A stretch of DNA of 64,000 nt, taken from contig NC_057719.1 in assembly GCF_004010195.1 (NCBI RefSeq), forward strand, positions 76,912,702 through 76,976,701. Direction: 5' to 3'. The position numbers were made by a program, and so were the translations under genes. Below the pieces are notes generated by a model. That model made no database searches. It had not been told where the DNA came from and was given only the letters and a program-made list of their open reading frames with translations. The stretch is from Chiloscyllium plagiosum (taxonomy: Eukaryota). Shown piece after piece: positions 11,600-25,041 of the stretch (position 1 is the stretch's first letter; each line of letters opens with the position of its first letter).

Positions 11600-14500
11600 C
11601 CATATGTTTTCAGATGACTTGTAGGATGTGGGCCTTGAGAAGGTGATAGCGAGATGCCGTCTTGAACTCATAGAGTCCATGAACCCTATGTTGACCCACA
11701 ATGCTCATAGGGAGATAATTCTAGGATTTTAGCCCAGTGACAGTGAAGGAATGGCAATATATTTCAAAGTAAGGATGATGAGTGCCTTGGAGGGGGAACT
11801 TGCAGGTGGTGATGTTCCCATATATTTGCTGTCCTTGACCTTTTAGATGGAAGGGGGCATGGATTTGAAAAGAGCTGTCTAAAGATCTTTGGTGAATTTC
11901 CACAGAGTATATTGTAGATAGTACACACTGCTGCTAATGTGCATCAGTGGTGGAGGGAGTGGATGCCTATAGATGTGCTGCCAGTCAAGCGGGCTGCTTT
12001 CTCTTGGATAATATCGAGCATTTTGAGTGTTGTTGGAGCTGCACCCATTCAGGCAAGTGGGGAGTATTCCATCACACTCCTGACTCTTGTAGATGGTGAC
12101 AGACTTTGGGGAGACAGGAGGTAAATTGCTTGCTGCAGTATTCTGAGCCTTTGACCTGCACTTGTAGCCACTGTGTTTATGGGGCAACACCAGTTTTTGT
12201 TTCTGGTCAATGGTAACCCCAAAGTTGTTGACAGTAGGGTATTCAATGATAGTAACACCATTAAATGTCAAGAAACAGTGTATACAATGTCTCTAATTGG
12301 AGATGGTCATTGCCTGGCATTTGTCTGCTGCGACTTGCCACTTGTTAGTCCAAGCCTGGATTTTATCCAAATGTTGTTGCATATGAACATGGACTGCTTC
12401 AGTATCTGAAGAGTCGCGAATGGTGCTGAACATTGTGAAATCATCAGCGAACATCCTCACTTCTGGCGTTTTAGAGAAGGTGCTGATGAAGCAGCTGAAA
12501 ACATTTAGGCCTAGGACACTACCCTGAGGAACTCCTGCAGAGATGTCCCAGAGCTGAGATGACAGACCTGCAACAATAACAATTATCTTCCTATGTGCCA
12601 GGTATGACTCCAAACAGCTGAGAGTTTTTCTAGGGCTCTTTGATACCACACTCACTCGAATACAACCTTGAGGTTAAGGGTATCACTCTCACCTCACCTC
12701 TGGAATTCAGCTCTCTTGTCCATGTTGACCCAAGGCTTTAATAAGGTCAGGAGTTTAGTGGCCCTCGTGGAACCCAGACTGGACATCAGCGAGCAGGTTA
12801 CTGCTGAGCAGGTGCTGCTTGTTAGCACTGTTGATGACACCATCACTTTGCTGCTGATGGAGAGTAAACTGATAGAAAGGTAATTGATGGGGTTGGATTT
12901 GTCCTGGTTTTTTTGTGTACAGTCTGTATCTGTGCAATTTTCCACATTGTTGAGTAGATGCTAGTGCTGTAACTGTCCTGGGAGAGCTTGTAAAGTTCTG
13001 GAGCACAATTCTTCAGTATTTTTGCTGGAATGGTGTCAGGGTCCATAACGTTTGCAGTATTCAGTACCTCCAACCATTTCCTAATATCACATGAAGTAAA
13101 TCGAATTGGCTGAAGACTGGTATCTGTGATGATAGAGGCGAGTGGAGGATGCTGAGATGAATCATCCCTTCGGCACTTCTGGCTGAAAATTGCTGCAAAC
13201 ACTTCAGCGTTATCTTTTACACTGATTGGTTCGGCTTTTCCATCATTGAGGATGGGGATATTTGTGAAGTCTGCTTTTCCAGCAAGACTTTTTATTGCCT
13301 ACCACAATTCACGACTGGATGTGACAGGACTGCAGAGTCTAGGTCCAATCTGTTAGTTGTGGGATTGTTTAACTAATCACATGCTGCTATGCTGTTTAGA
13401 ACATAAGTAGTCCCGTTTGGAAACTTCACCAAGTTTACACCTCAAAGTTAGGGTATGCCTGGTGCTGCTTTTGGCATGCCCTCTCCATTGAAACAAGGTT
13501 GATCACTTGATGGTAACAGTTGAGTGGGGGTTATATTCTGGGCCATGAGGTTGCAGATTATGCTTGAGTACAATTCTACTGCTGTTGATGGCCCATGGTG
13601 CCTCATGGATGCCCAGTCTTGAGTTGCTACATCTTTCCATGTCTGTCCCATTTATCATGGTGATAGTGCCACACAACACAGTGGATGGTATTTTCCATGG
13701 GAAGGCGGGACTTCAACTTTATACGGACTGTGTGGTGGTGTCTCTTACTGATACTGGCATGGACAAATGCTGATAGATTAGGTAGGTTGAGGTCAAATGT
13801 ATTTTTCCCACTTACACTTTGCCTCACCACTGCCACAGATCCAGTGTAATATTTATGTTTTTTAGAACTCAAACAGCTCAAATCATTCGTGTTCTGCCGA
13901 GCCACGCTTCATAGTGAACATTGAAATGTCCCACCCAGAGTACCTTTTGTGCCCTTGCCCCTGCAGTGCTAACTTTAAGTGTTGTTCAACATGGAGGAGT
14001 ACCAATTCATCAGCTGAGGGAGGACAGTAGGTGGTAACTAGCAGGAGGATTCCTTGCCAATTTTAACCTGATGCCCTGTGACTTTATGGAGTCCCAAGTC
14101 ACTGTTGAGGACTCCCGAAGGCATACTCATGCAATCATGTTGTAAAGCCTGACCAGTCTGTGAGACAGTTCTCCCAATTTTGGCACAAGCCCCAGACATT
14201 AATAAGGAAGAATTTAAGGTGTTGGCAGGGCTGTTTGTGCTATTGTTGTTTCCAGTGCCTAGGTTGATACCAGGTGATTCGTCTGATTTCATTTCTTTGT
14301 TGAGTCTTTGTTGTGCTTGATACAACTGAATGGCTTGCTAGGCCATGTCAGAGGGCAGTTGAGAGTCAACAACTTTGCTGTGTGTCTGGAGTCACATGTA
14401 GGCCTGACCAGGTGAGGATGGCAGTTTTCTTTCCCTGAAGGACATTAGTGAGCCAAATGGATTTTTCTTACTGTCAGCAATTGCTTCATGATCATCATTA

Positions 14501-14640
14501 GATTCCTAATTCCAGACTTTTTAAAATTGAATTCACATTCTACCAACTGTCATGACGGGATTCGAACCTTTGTCCCCAGAATATTAGCTGAATTTCAGGA
14601 TTAATAGACTAGAGAAAATACCACTAGGTCATTGCTTCCT
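11600..14640 (-). mobile_element. Decayed single-ORF CR1-group (Zenon-like) LINE with a tRNA-like 5' head
   Basis: Fragmented APE start (VWGLVPKLGELSHRLV-like, ~14150-14210), NY..ISLLSI.SKVM, GVPQGSVLG and RMFADD..MFSTIRD. A/B-box-like head at 14558-14631. Nested in an older plus-strand CR1 (~11300-11600 and ~14645-14950). Confidence 0.8.
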
Positions 14641-17464
14641 TTCTGACATTTACCAGAATGAAGCCGAGATTACAAAGATTAAATGATAAAGTGAGGTTAT
14701 ACAAACTAGTGTTGCATTCCTTGGCTTTCAGATGGCTGAGGAATGATCTGATTGATATTTAAGATATTTTATATCTTAAACATCAACGCAGGTACAATAG
14801 GTATAGAGAAACTATGGCAATTGAAATTTATATCATGTTTGATAGAATTTTGTTGTCCAAAGTTACTATGCAGTAAAGGCAAGCATATATAGAGTTATTC
14901 CATGATCCCGCGAAGTAGCAAAGTAGGCTTAAAAACAAAATGATGTATCATTTTGATATGTCTTGTAACTAATTATATTTACTTAGGCTTAGTTAATATT
15001 CACTCAGAAGGGTATACACCTAATCTTAACACAAGAACAACTTCTTAGTATGGTAAAATGTCTAAATGGGAAGCAGAACGCTCATTAACTTCACACATTA
15101 TTGACAGCAAATATCTTTAGTTATCATCAGTGGCAAATCACAATGCCATTTACTGGAATACGTTTGAATAAATAAGTTTGCTTCAAGACTTAACTCTATT
15201 TATTTAACAAATATAAGATTTCTTAGTTTAAGCAACACCTTTAAGCTATATCGGTTTCTTAATTTTTCTTGGTGTGGACTTTGTTTCTTTTTAGGTGGCT
15301 GTAGGTATCTCATCCACTGAATACACTTCCTTGTGCATTATGCTTATTTTTTTTTGCTGACATCCCTTATTTCTGACAGTACACTGGAGACTGAGGACTT
15401 GTTGTGTGAGGGACAATGAGCATAAACCAAATGTATGGGCATGCCTGCTCACTATGTTGTATGAGCTACTGCTCTTGGTGAAGATTATTTTGCACCATCC
15501 TCTTTAAGGATTAGAAACTACAGGCCTGCTTGGCCTAACATGGTACAGGGAAACCACTTTATAGTCTATCTGGAACAGTCTTTTGTAGTTATGAAGGTAA
15601 AGTTTATTTACTTGTGAGCAATTATTTTCAGGTTAATTGATGTGACTAGATGTTAGGTCTTACTACCCACAAGTCCATATAGCATCATAATGGTAGGAGT
15701 TTCTAATTACATACCTCAGTCTTAATCATTTCAGGATAGCATACATCTTCTAAACACTTCTTTCTCATTGTTAATAATGTCAACTTGTGTATTTAATCAT
15801 ATTTACCACTAACCCTTCTCCACTCAATCTATGACTTTATAAATTCAAACACTGCACAGGTTTTACTATTCTCCATGAAAGAATTTCCTCCAGATTTGAA
15901 GGTTTGTAGTTTATTGGATAGAAGATTGTTACCTTTGATTCTCTTTCTGACACTCTTAAGGTTTCTAGGTTCTTTTAAATTGCAAAACCTTTAAATCATC
16001 ATGTGTCTTCCTTGGGAAAAAAAGTTTCTTTGTATTATCTTGAATCTCCAAATCAGGCATGTCTTCCTTAAATCATTGGACTTTGGTTATTGCTTGTCAG
16101 AGTGGTTTCCATGGGGATGTGTACAGCAGATCTTCAATCTGTGTCTGCAGATTTTTTTCTTAATTCACCTGTAGGTTTTTACTGAATCAATTAAACTTTT
16201 GACATCAATATTGATTGGTTTGGACTCTTCCTTTGGGCGTCAGGGATTGCATTAATGGTGAAATCAACACATTCACTTCCTCAGTTCTGATCTTGAGGGT
16301 TTCTTCTGGCTTGCCACAGTTACTGAGGATTCTATCTGACAAAGTGAGGAAGTCAAATATTCTGCTTGAAGCATCCTGTTCCAAATCGCCTCAGCACCCA
16401 CCATTACACTTGAAATTTCCATAGCTATTTGTTCATCAAGCTATGCTGCACTCTGAGTTATATAATTTGTAGAATTATCAATTGTCAATTAGCTGAAGTA
16501 GAATAAGCTGTTTATTGGCTATCATAAAGCTTGTTTTCCTTTGTAAACCTTGCTGATTCTTACAGTTTGAGTGCACTTCAGTTTTGATAGCAGTGTAAAA
16601 GATTTCTGTCAATCCAGTATGGATAGATTCCCATCTTGTTAACAGTATGAAGCAAATTTCCTCTGCCAACATAACCAGCATCAGTAGATTCTGTTTTTTA
16701 TTAGGTTCTATCATGAGTTTAGGAAACCCTATGAAATTTTCTAATGGTTATCTTTTGTCCTTAGCCAGCTGTAGCTTAACTGGGTGTTCCTCAATCATTA
16801 AGTTTGTATTGTTTAACTCCCTCTGCCATTTGAAAATGTTTGAGGTCATGACGTGCTTTTCCACTCAAGAGTGAGCATTCTTGACTCTAAGGTATGTTTG
16901 GTTTTCTGCTATTTGTCATCCCCTAATGAGGAGTTGCTGGTAACATCCCTTTTAAACTTAAGTGTTACGCCTCCTGGACCATGTAGTTGTATTATTATTG
17001 ACTGTAGACAGTATTTTCTTAACTATGGCTCACTACCTGATTATATAGTGACACCTACCCCAGTGAGATAACTATTGACATAAATGTCAGCCTATCAAAA
17101 TATAAGGTCTGAATCATCTTTTTCCTCTGGAAACATTTTGTACCTTTCTCTTCTGTTGCAGACTGTTCTCATTAATTTTTGTATGGTTAGCAATTTGATG
17201 TCTTGCTTTTTTGGATTTGTGCTACCAAAACTAACTTACAACTGAAAGATCTGAAAGATGGTGTGAGGGGGTTTTCATAAATTAATTCTTAATAAGTGTT
17301 CCACAACAGAAACAAGTCACCCCTTTTGGGCTTTCTGTCTTTGCTAATTCTTTTGGAGCAACATAACTTTTCAGCAGTGACTTCTCTACAATATTTAAAA
17401 TGATGGTACTTTCCTGATAATCAGCTGTTAACTGTCACATGGAAAATTTGTTAAAGTCAGTCCA

Positions 17465-17655
17465 CAGTGATTCTCAATCATTTTTTGGCCACTGCCCCCC
17501 AGGAGCCCTTCTCAGGTTCTAGGGCCCCCCTTTCAAACAGGGACACAACACGAAAGAGAGACAGAAAATCATTTCATAGTTTTCAGTCTGTGGCCCCCTT
17601 CAAATGTGCCAAGGCCCCTAAGGGGGGGGCATATGGCCCCCGTTGAGAATGGCTG
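17465..17655. mobile_element. hAT/Charlie-type MITE
   Basis: Imperfect TIRs CAGTGATTCTCAA...TTGAGAATGGCTG and internal GGCCCCC motifs. No clear 8-bp TSD. Confidence 0.7.
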
Positions 17656-19269
17656 GAGTGTCCGGTCAACTGCATTAATACAGCTGATGCTATCTTTGGC
17701 AACAAACCTGACAAATAATTTGAAACCAAAATGAAATGTAAATATCATATTGTGAAAACAAACACAATTCTAAACTTATAATATAACGTCTAAATTGTGA
17801 GACACCATTCTCCAGATGACACATTATGCAGCATCCCCCAGACTGAAGAGTTGACAGAAGCTTAGCATTCAGATACAAAACAAAGTCAACAATGCATATG
17901 GAAAAGTGAATACAAAAGGAAATTTAGGACTGATGTCAGTTATTTAAACACAGAATGATACCATTCGACAAAAACAAAGTACTGGGGTGACATGGTTTCT
18001 TGAGCCAAATATCACCGCCAGTATGATATGGGCCAAGTATTTTTCATGTAACACACAACGCAAAGATCAGTTCTGGTTGAAACAGATGTCCTGAAGTTTA
18101 TTAACAATAATAACTGTTACAACATCTCAGATTTACACATAATCTGGGTTCTATGTTTACTGACATTTTGTCTATATTACATGACTGGAACACCACACAT
18201 GGCTGCACACCGCTGCATTGTGACTTCTGAAGGTGAGACAAGATTTTTACACTGTTACGCTGTCATCTAACAGTCTTAAAGGGAATTGTACTTCTGGAAT
18301 GTTCAGCAATAATACAACAGGGGGAGCTTAAAACGAGAATAAAACCAGAAAATGCCTGAATTTTGGCAATTCACTGTAAATAACTAGTCAAAGAGAAGCC
18401 TCCATTAAACAAGAAAATCAAATGCTGATATGTCAAAGTAATTTGCTTTGTTTATATAAAATTTATTAAGGATGCTCTAGCAGTTTGAAGCAGCAAAACT
18501 TGCCACAGGGATATCGACGTTCAGAGAAAAGCAACAGATCACCAATCTGTGCTGAGATTACTGATAACAATTGAAGTGGCAAAAATGACACTACAAATTG
18601 CTACAGCTTTCCTGGGCTACCGAGGAAAAAGAAATACTGAAGGTTCTCAATCTATATTGTTGCAAAGCGCAAGTATAAATATTAAATGGTGACAACAAAA
18701 TCAATGGTGACTTTCTCCATTATTGGCCCATGTGCAAAAGGTTAATTCCTGGTTTCAAATCTATATTCCAACATGCTGTGTCATTTTAGCCAAGGGAAAG
18801 TTGGATAGAAAACAAAAAAAAAGACAGCAAAGTAGGAGATAAAGAGATTTTGGGATCTGAGTAGTACTTAACTCACTTCTATAGGTTAAGCCAGGACTAT
18901 CATACCTGTTAGGGATTTCACTTATAAAGTCACCTAGTGCCAATTCGACCAACTGCAGCAGGTTTAACCCTCTTGGTTCTATGAATAAGCAAGTTGGCTT
19001 GTCAATCATCAGAGATTTAGAGTACTTATGGCCTCTTTGTCTCTAAATATTGAGAACATTCAATTATAGGGTACTGAGATGTAAATGTCAAGATGTAAGG
19101 GGTAAGATTGAGGACATGGGGGTGGGGCTGGAGATGGAGTATAAAAGGTTGCAGTAAAATCACAGGACTGTGAACAGATGGTTTTCTTAAGCAGCCTCTG
19201 TGTATAATGAAGCGTGCAGGAAGTCACACCAGGTGCAGCATCAGGCATACCTAAAAATGAAGTGTCAAC

Positions 19270-20820
19270 TTGATAAAGATACAACACAGACTACTTGCAT
19301 GCCAAACATAGCAGCAAGTGATAAACAGGATTGAATGATCCACAACTAACAGATCTGATCTAAGCTCTGCAGCCCTGTCACATCCGGTCATGAATCATCA
19401 TGAACATTTAAACAACTCATTGGAGGAGAAGGCTCCACAAATATCCCCACTCCCAATGATGAGGGAGTCTAATACATTCAGTCCAAAAGATAAGACTAAA
19501 TAATTTGCAACAATCTGCGCCCAGAAATATCAAGTGGATGATTCATCCCGCTTTCCTCCAGAGGTCCCAAGCACTATAGATGCCTATCTTCAGTCAATTC
19601 AATTTACCCCATGTGAAATCAAGAAACAGCTGAAGGCACTGGGTATTGCAAAGGCTATGGGCACTGACAACACACCAGCAATAGTACAAAAGACTTGCAC
19701 TCTAAAATTTTCTGCTCTTCCAGTATAGCTACCACACTGGCACTTGCTTGACTATGTGGAAAATTATCCTTATGTGTTCTGTACACAGAAAGCAGGCCAT
19801 AGCCAATCTGGCCAATTACTACCTCACAAGTCTGCTCACAATCATCAGTTCAGTGATGGAAGGAGTCATCAATAGTATTATAAAGTAGCACTTGCTTGGC
19901 AATAACATTCTTGATTCAAGCATGGACAGAAGAGCTGAACTGAAGGGTGAGGTGAGAGTTACTACTCTTGATATCAAGGCTAAATTTGACCAAGTGTGGC
20001 ATCAAAGAACTTTAGCAAAACTAGTCGATGGAAATCCAGTAGAAAATTATTGACTGGTTACAGTCATATTTAGCAAACAGGAAAATGATTGAGATTGTTG
20101 GAAGTCAGTCACCTCAACTCCAAGACCACTCTGCAGTTGATCCTCAGGATAGTGTCCTAGGCTTAACCATCTTCAGCTGCTTTATCAGTGATCTTCTTCT
20201 ATCATAAGGTCAGAAGTGATGATGCGCAACTATCAGCAAACCATGCTCAGCATATTTATTAATCCTCAGATAATGAAGCAGTCCATGTTCCAAATGCAGC
20301 AAGAGCTAGCCAATCATATAATCCTTACAGTATAGAAAGAAACCATTCAGCCCATTGACTCCACACTGACCCTCCAAAATGCATTCCACCCAGACCTAGC
20401 CACCCAGACTATCTGCATTTACCATGGCTAATCTATCTAGCGTACACATCCCTAGACACTATAGGCAATTTAGATGGCCAATCCACCTAATCTGCCCATC
20501 ACTGGACTGGGAGGAAACTGGAGCATGTGGAGGAAACCCACGCAGATGTGGGGAGAATGTGCAAACACCACACATACAGTCGCCCAAGGCTGGAATCGAA
20601 CCCAAGTCTCTGGTGCTGTGAGGCAGCAATGATAACCACATTATCTAAGCTTTAGCTGACAAGTGGCAAATAACATTCATCTCACACAATAATTGTCTGC
20701 TACAAAATAGAATCTAACATTTGCCTCTTGACATTTAACAGCATTACATTTGTTAAATCCCTCGAGTTCAACATCCTGAGAGTTAACATTGATCAGAAAC
20801 TGAACTGAACTTGACATCTT
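19270..20820 (+). mobile_element. Internal fragment of the same Zenon-like LINE family, interrupted by an HE1-like SINE
   Basis: LQSIQFTPCEIKKQLKAL...KAMG.D matches the 12843-13202 ORF. Decayed RT follows. Confidence 0.8.
20315..20640 (-). mobile_element. HE1-like V-SINE
   Basis: tRNA head (gtggttatcattgctgcctcacagc...gggttcgattcc), V-domain-like gtttgcacattctcccc...ctgcgtgggtttcctcc and a CR1-like tail. Confidence 0.85.
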
Positions 20821-21039
20821 CAAAAGAACAACTCTTCACAATGGCACAGAGTAAACTATCACCAGTGGTCTAACGTCCCTTTCCTCTGCCAACTCATTGA
20901 ATGTGCTCTTGCCTCTCAAATCCATTTCCATCTTCCCAGGAGCTCCAGGTTTGAATCCTCCTGATCATGATTCCACTTGTGTGACAGTATTGAAGTTACT
21001 GTTAACGAAAGCACAAATGTAGGTCCTAAATGAGTGTAG

Positions 21040-22420
21040 CAAAGATAAAATTTTCACTGTCGTCCCTCTCGATCTATCTGCAGCCTGTGACACAATTGAC
21101 ACCATCCTCCTTCAATTTCATTTCGCTGTTGTTCAGCTGCATAGAACTGCTCTCACTCAGTTCCATTCTTATCATCCTCTTTAAATAAGTCACAGGATTT
21201 GGGTGTCACTAGCTGGGCCAACATTTATTGCCCAAAAGTATTTGCCCTTTGAAGGTGGTGATGGACGGCAGTCCATGTGATGTGGATATACCGACAGTGC
21301 ATTCTAGGATCTTGAATCAGCATCAGTAAAGGAGCATGAATATATTTCCAAGTCAGGATGGTGACTAGCTTGGAGGGGAATTTGTAGGTGGTGCTCTTCC
21401 TATGGATGTGCAACACTTGTAGTTCTAGTGGTAAAGGTTGAAGATTTGTATTCTGTCTAAGGCGTCTTAGTGAGTAGTTACAGTGCAACTTGTAGATGAT
21501 GCACACTGATCCCACTGAGCATCAGTATTGGGAGGATTGTATGTTAAAAATAATCGAAGAGGTCCAAACCAAGCAGATTGGTTTGTCCTGGATGGTGTTA
21601 AGCTTCTTAGGTTTTGTTGGAGCTGCACTCATCCAGGTAAGTGGGGAGTATTCCATCACATCCTGATTTGTACATGGAGGACAGGTTTAGAGGAATCAAA
21701 GAGATGAGTTACTTGGTGCAGAATTCTGAGCTCTCTAGCTGCTCTTGTGGCCACAATATTTTCTGGTTAGTCTAATTCATTTTCTGATCAATGGTAATCC
21801 CTAAGATGTTGACGATGAAGGATTCAGTGTTAGAAGTGCTGTCGTACATAAAATGACGATGGTTGGGTGTCTCTTGTTAGAGGCCACCATACCTTCAACT
21901 CATCCATTGATGCTAGACCACTTATCTGATATGCAATACTGGATGAGCAGCATGTTATTCTAGTTAAACATTGGAAGGACTGAAGCCATTGTTTTGAGTT
22001 GTTGCACCAAACTCTAATCCATAGCTAGCCAATCCACCTTTCTCTGTGGCAGCAGCCTAAGGCTTAATCTGTCTACTTGCAAAGATAGTGTCATATTTAA
22101 ACCAAAGTGGGCCTCTAAAAACATGCTTGCGTCTTTATTAAGGCTGCCTATTTCCACTTCCATAACATTGCCCTGTCATCTGTTGCTAAAATCTTTATTC
22201 ATGTCTTTGTTACTACTAGACTTAACTAAGTATATATTGCATGCTTGGCTGAAACCCTACATTTTACTTTCTGTAAACGTGATATTATCGAAAGCTCTGC
22301 TGCCTAAACTGTTAACACGTATTAAGTCCCTTCTTCTATCTCCCCCACGTTAACTGAACTAAACTGACTCCCAATTAAGCAATGCTTTGATTTCAAGACT
22401 TTAATTCTAATTTTGAAGTG
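21040..22420 (+). mobile_element. Decayed L2-clade LINE split by a Zenon-like 3' fragment (~21190-21880, minus strand)
   Basis: LDLSAA.DTID RT remnant at ~21068-21100 and L2-like C-terminal remnants at 21920-22420. Confidence 0.65.
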
Positions 22421-22772
22421 CTTTTCTAAAAGTTCACTCAGAGGAAGTGGGTGTCACTGGCTGGATCAACATTTATTGCCCAACAATATTGCCCTGAGAA
22501 CATCTTGGTGAGCTGCCTTCTTGATTTAAGATACAGCCACAATACCATTAGGATACCAGGATTTTGATCCAGGGACACTTGAGGAATGACAATATGGATC
22601 GTGATTGGCTTGGAAGAGAACTTGAAGGTGGTGGTGTTCTCACATATCTGCTGTCTATGACCTTCCAGATGGTAGTGGTCATGGGATTTGAGGTGTGTCA
22701 AAGGAATCTTGGTGAATTTCTGCAGTGCATCTTGTAGACAGTACACATTATTACTACTAAGCATCAATGGTG

Positions 22773-22931
22773 AAAAATGTGTTGCTGGAAAAGCGCAGCA
22801 GGTCAGGCAGCATCCATGGGGCAGGAGAATCGAATTCCTGAAGAAGGGCTTATGCCCGAAATGTCGATTCTCCTGCTCCTTGGATGCATTTTTCAGCTCT
22901 GATCTCCAGCATCTGCAGTCCTCACTTTCTC
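22773..22931. mobile_element. 159-bp Penelope-derived foldback insert carrying a hammerhead core
   Basis: TSD ctaagc(a/t)tcaatggtg at 22757-22772 and 22932-22947. Inverted arms 22810-22833 and 22864-22887 surround CTGAAGA-A-GGGC-TTAT-GCCC-GAAATGTC. Sits inside a Zenon-like 3' fragment (~22440-22975). Confidence 0.85.
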
Positions 22932-22979
22932 CTAAGCTTCAATGGTGGCAAGTCAGAATATTTAAGGATGTGGTAACAA

Positions 22980-23640
22980 TCAATAAAACCATAAAACCAT
23001 AAGAAATAGGAACTGGAATAAACTGTTTGGCCCCTTGAATCTGCTCTGTCATTCATTAGGATCATGGCTGATCTTGAAATAAGGGGACCAAAACTGTTGG
23101 AGTAAGGCTCCCCTACTCTTATTTTCCAAACCCCTTTAAACATTCCATTAGGCATCCTGATTACCTGCTGCACCTGTTTCATGCACAAGTCTCCTCCAAG
23201 ACCCTTTGTGTGGTAGCTTTCTACAGTTTCTCCCAATTTAAATAATATTCTCTTCTCCCTTATAAAATGCACAACTTTACATTTTCCCACATTATATTCC
23301 ATTTGGCAACATTTTGCTCATTTATTTCACTTACCAGTATCTCTCTGTAAATTATTTGCATTTCTCTTGCAACTTGCCTAATTTAGTGTTGTCTGCAAAT
23401 TTGGGTATAGTACATTCACTTCCTTCCTGAAAGTCATTAATATATATTGTAAACAATTGCGGTCCCAGCACTGATCCCTGCAAGCATCACTGGTCACGGG
23501 TCGCCCAGACAGTAAGAACCCTTTATCCTCATTTGCTGTTCCCTGCCCAGTACCTAATTCTTTATCTGTACTAATGTACTACCTCCAACAGTGTAGGCTC
23601 TTATTTTATGACTTTACTTTTTGTGAGGTAATTTATTTGA
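22980..23640 (-). mobile_element. CR1 fragment with internal deletion
   Basis: Tail ataaaaccataaaaccataag and MEYNVGKCKVVHF remnant. Confidence 0.75.
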
Positions 23641-25041
23641 CTGAGTTTGCCATGTTTGTTAACTTGGTTTGAACTTCACTAGGCTGACATCTCAGAGCCA
23701 CTTTTCTCAGAAAGAGAACTGAATTTCTACTTCCCCACGTTCTTATCACCCACCCCTGAACTCCAGCAATCTGAGATCAACTATGAGGCAGTATACAAAA
23801 AATTAAGCTTTGTCAAATTTACAGTGCAACATGGCTCCAGGTGGCATTGAAACTGCCAATATCCTAGAGTTCCAGGAATAAGGTTTATCATCACTGGACA
23901 AAACTGTAAAGCTGAGTAGACTTATGATGTGTTATTATTTATCCTTGCTGATAGGAAAAATACATTCACTCTTTCACTGACTCAGAGGCTGGTTAAATCG
24001 GCTTCTTTTAAAATCATATTCCCTTGATCTTGGAGAAAGGTACCCATAAGAGAAATTATCTTTTATAAATTAACTTGTTGTTACCAACCAAGAGGTTGGT
24101 GAATATTGCCTGGTGACTTAACACTGTCTAGACACTGCCCAGGTCATGCTGCATTTGGACACAGACTGCTACAGTATCTGACAAGTTGGAATTTAAAGTA
24201 TGTTGAAAATGAATATATCTCATTCTAAGCTTAACATACCAGAGGCCTCTGACCAGGCGTGTTCCATAGGGATTGGTGCTGGGTCTGCTTTTGTTTGACA
24301 TTGATATAAATGATTTGGATAGAATGTATGAGGCATGGTTAGTACGTTTGTGGATAACACCAAAATTGGTGGGCTGGGGAGTGGCAATGGACCTTAATTT
24401 GGAGAAATGCGAGGAACTGTACTTTGATAAAATAAACAAAGGCAGGACTTATACAAATAGTGTTAGGGTCCTGGGTCAGAGAGACCTAGGGGTTCAGATA
24501 GATAATTCTTTGAAATTTGTGTCATAGGTAGTTTAGGGAGTTAAACAGTCATTTAGCACTCTTGCTTTCATTATTCAGACCTTTGAGTATAGGAGTTGGG
24601 GTGTCATGTTGAGGTTATACAGGATATGGTTAGGCCTGTTCTGCAATACTGTGTTTAGTTCTGGTTGCCTATTATAGGAAGGATATTATTAAACTTGAGA
24701 GAGTTCAGAAAAGGTTTGCAAGGATGTTGACGAGGATTGAGTTATAAAACCAGACTGGGACATTTTTCACTGGTCCATAGGAGATTGAGGGATAAGACCA
24801 TAAGACATAGGAGTGGAAGTAAGGCCATTCGGCCCATCGAGTCCACTCCGCCATTCAATCATGGCTGATGCGCATTTCAGCTCCACTTACCAGCGTTCTC
24901 CCCGTAGCCCTTAATTCCTCTAGACAACAAGAATCTATCAATCTCGGCCTTGAAGACGACTTCATTGAGTTGTAGAAGTGGAAGTAAGGCCATTCGGCCC
25001 ATCAAGTCCGCTCCGCCATTCAATCATGGCTGATGCGCATT

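Noticed and set aside
15800..17160. Possible very old LINE or DNA transposon remnant (also ~7000-7500 and ~39380-39560)
   Set aside because: Looks like decayed coding sequence, but no motif could be read with enough confidence to classify it.
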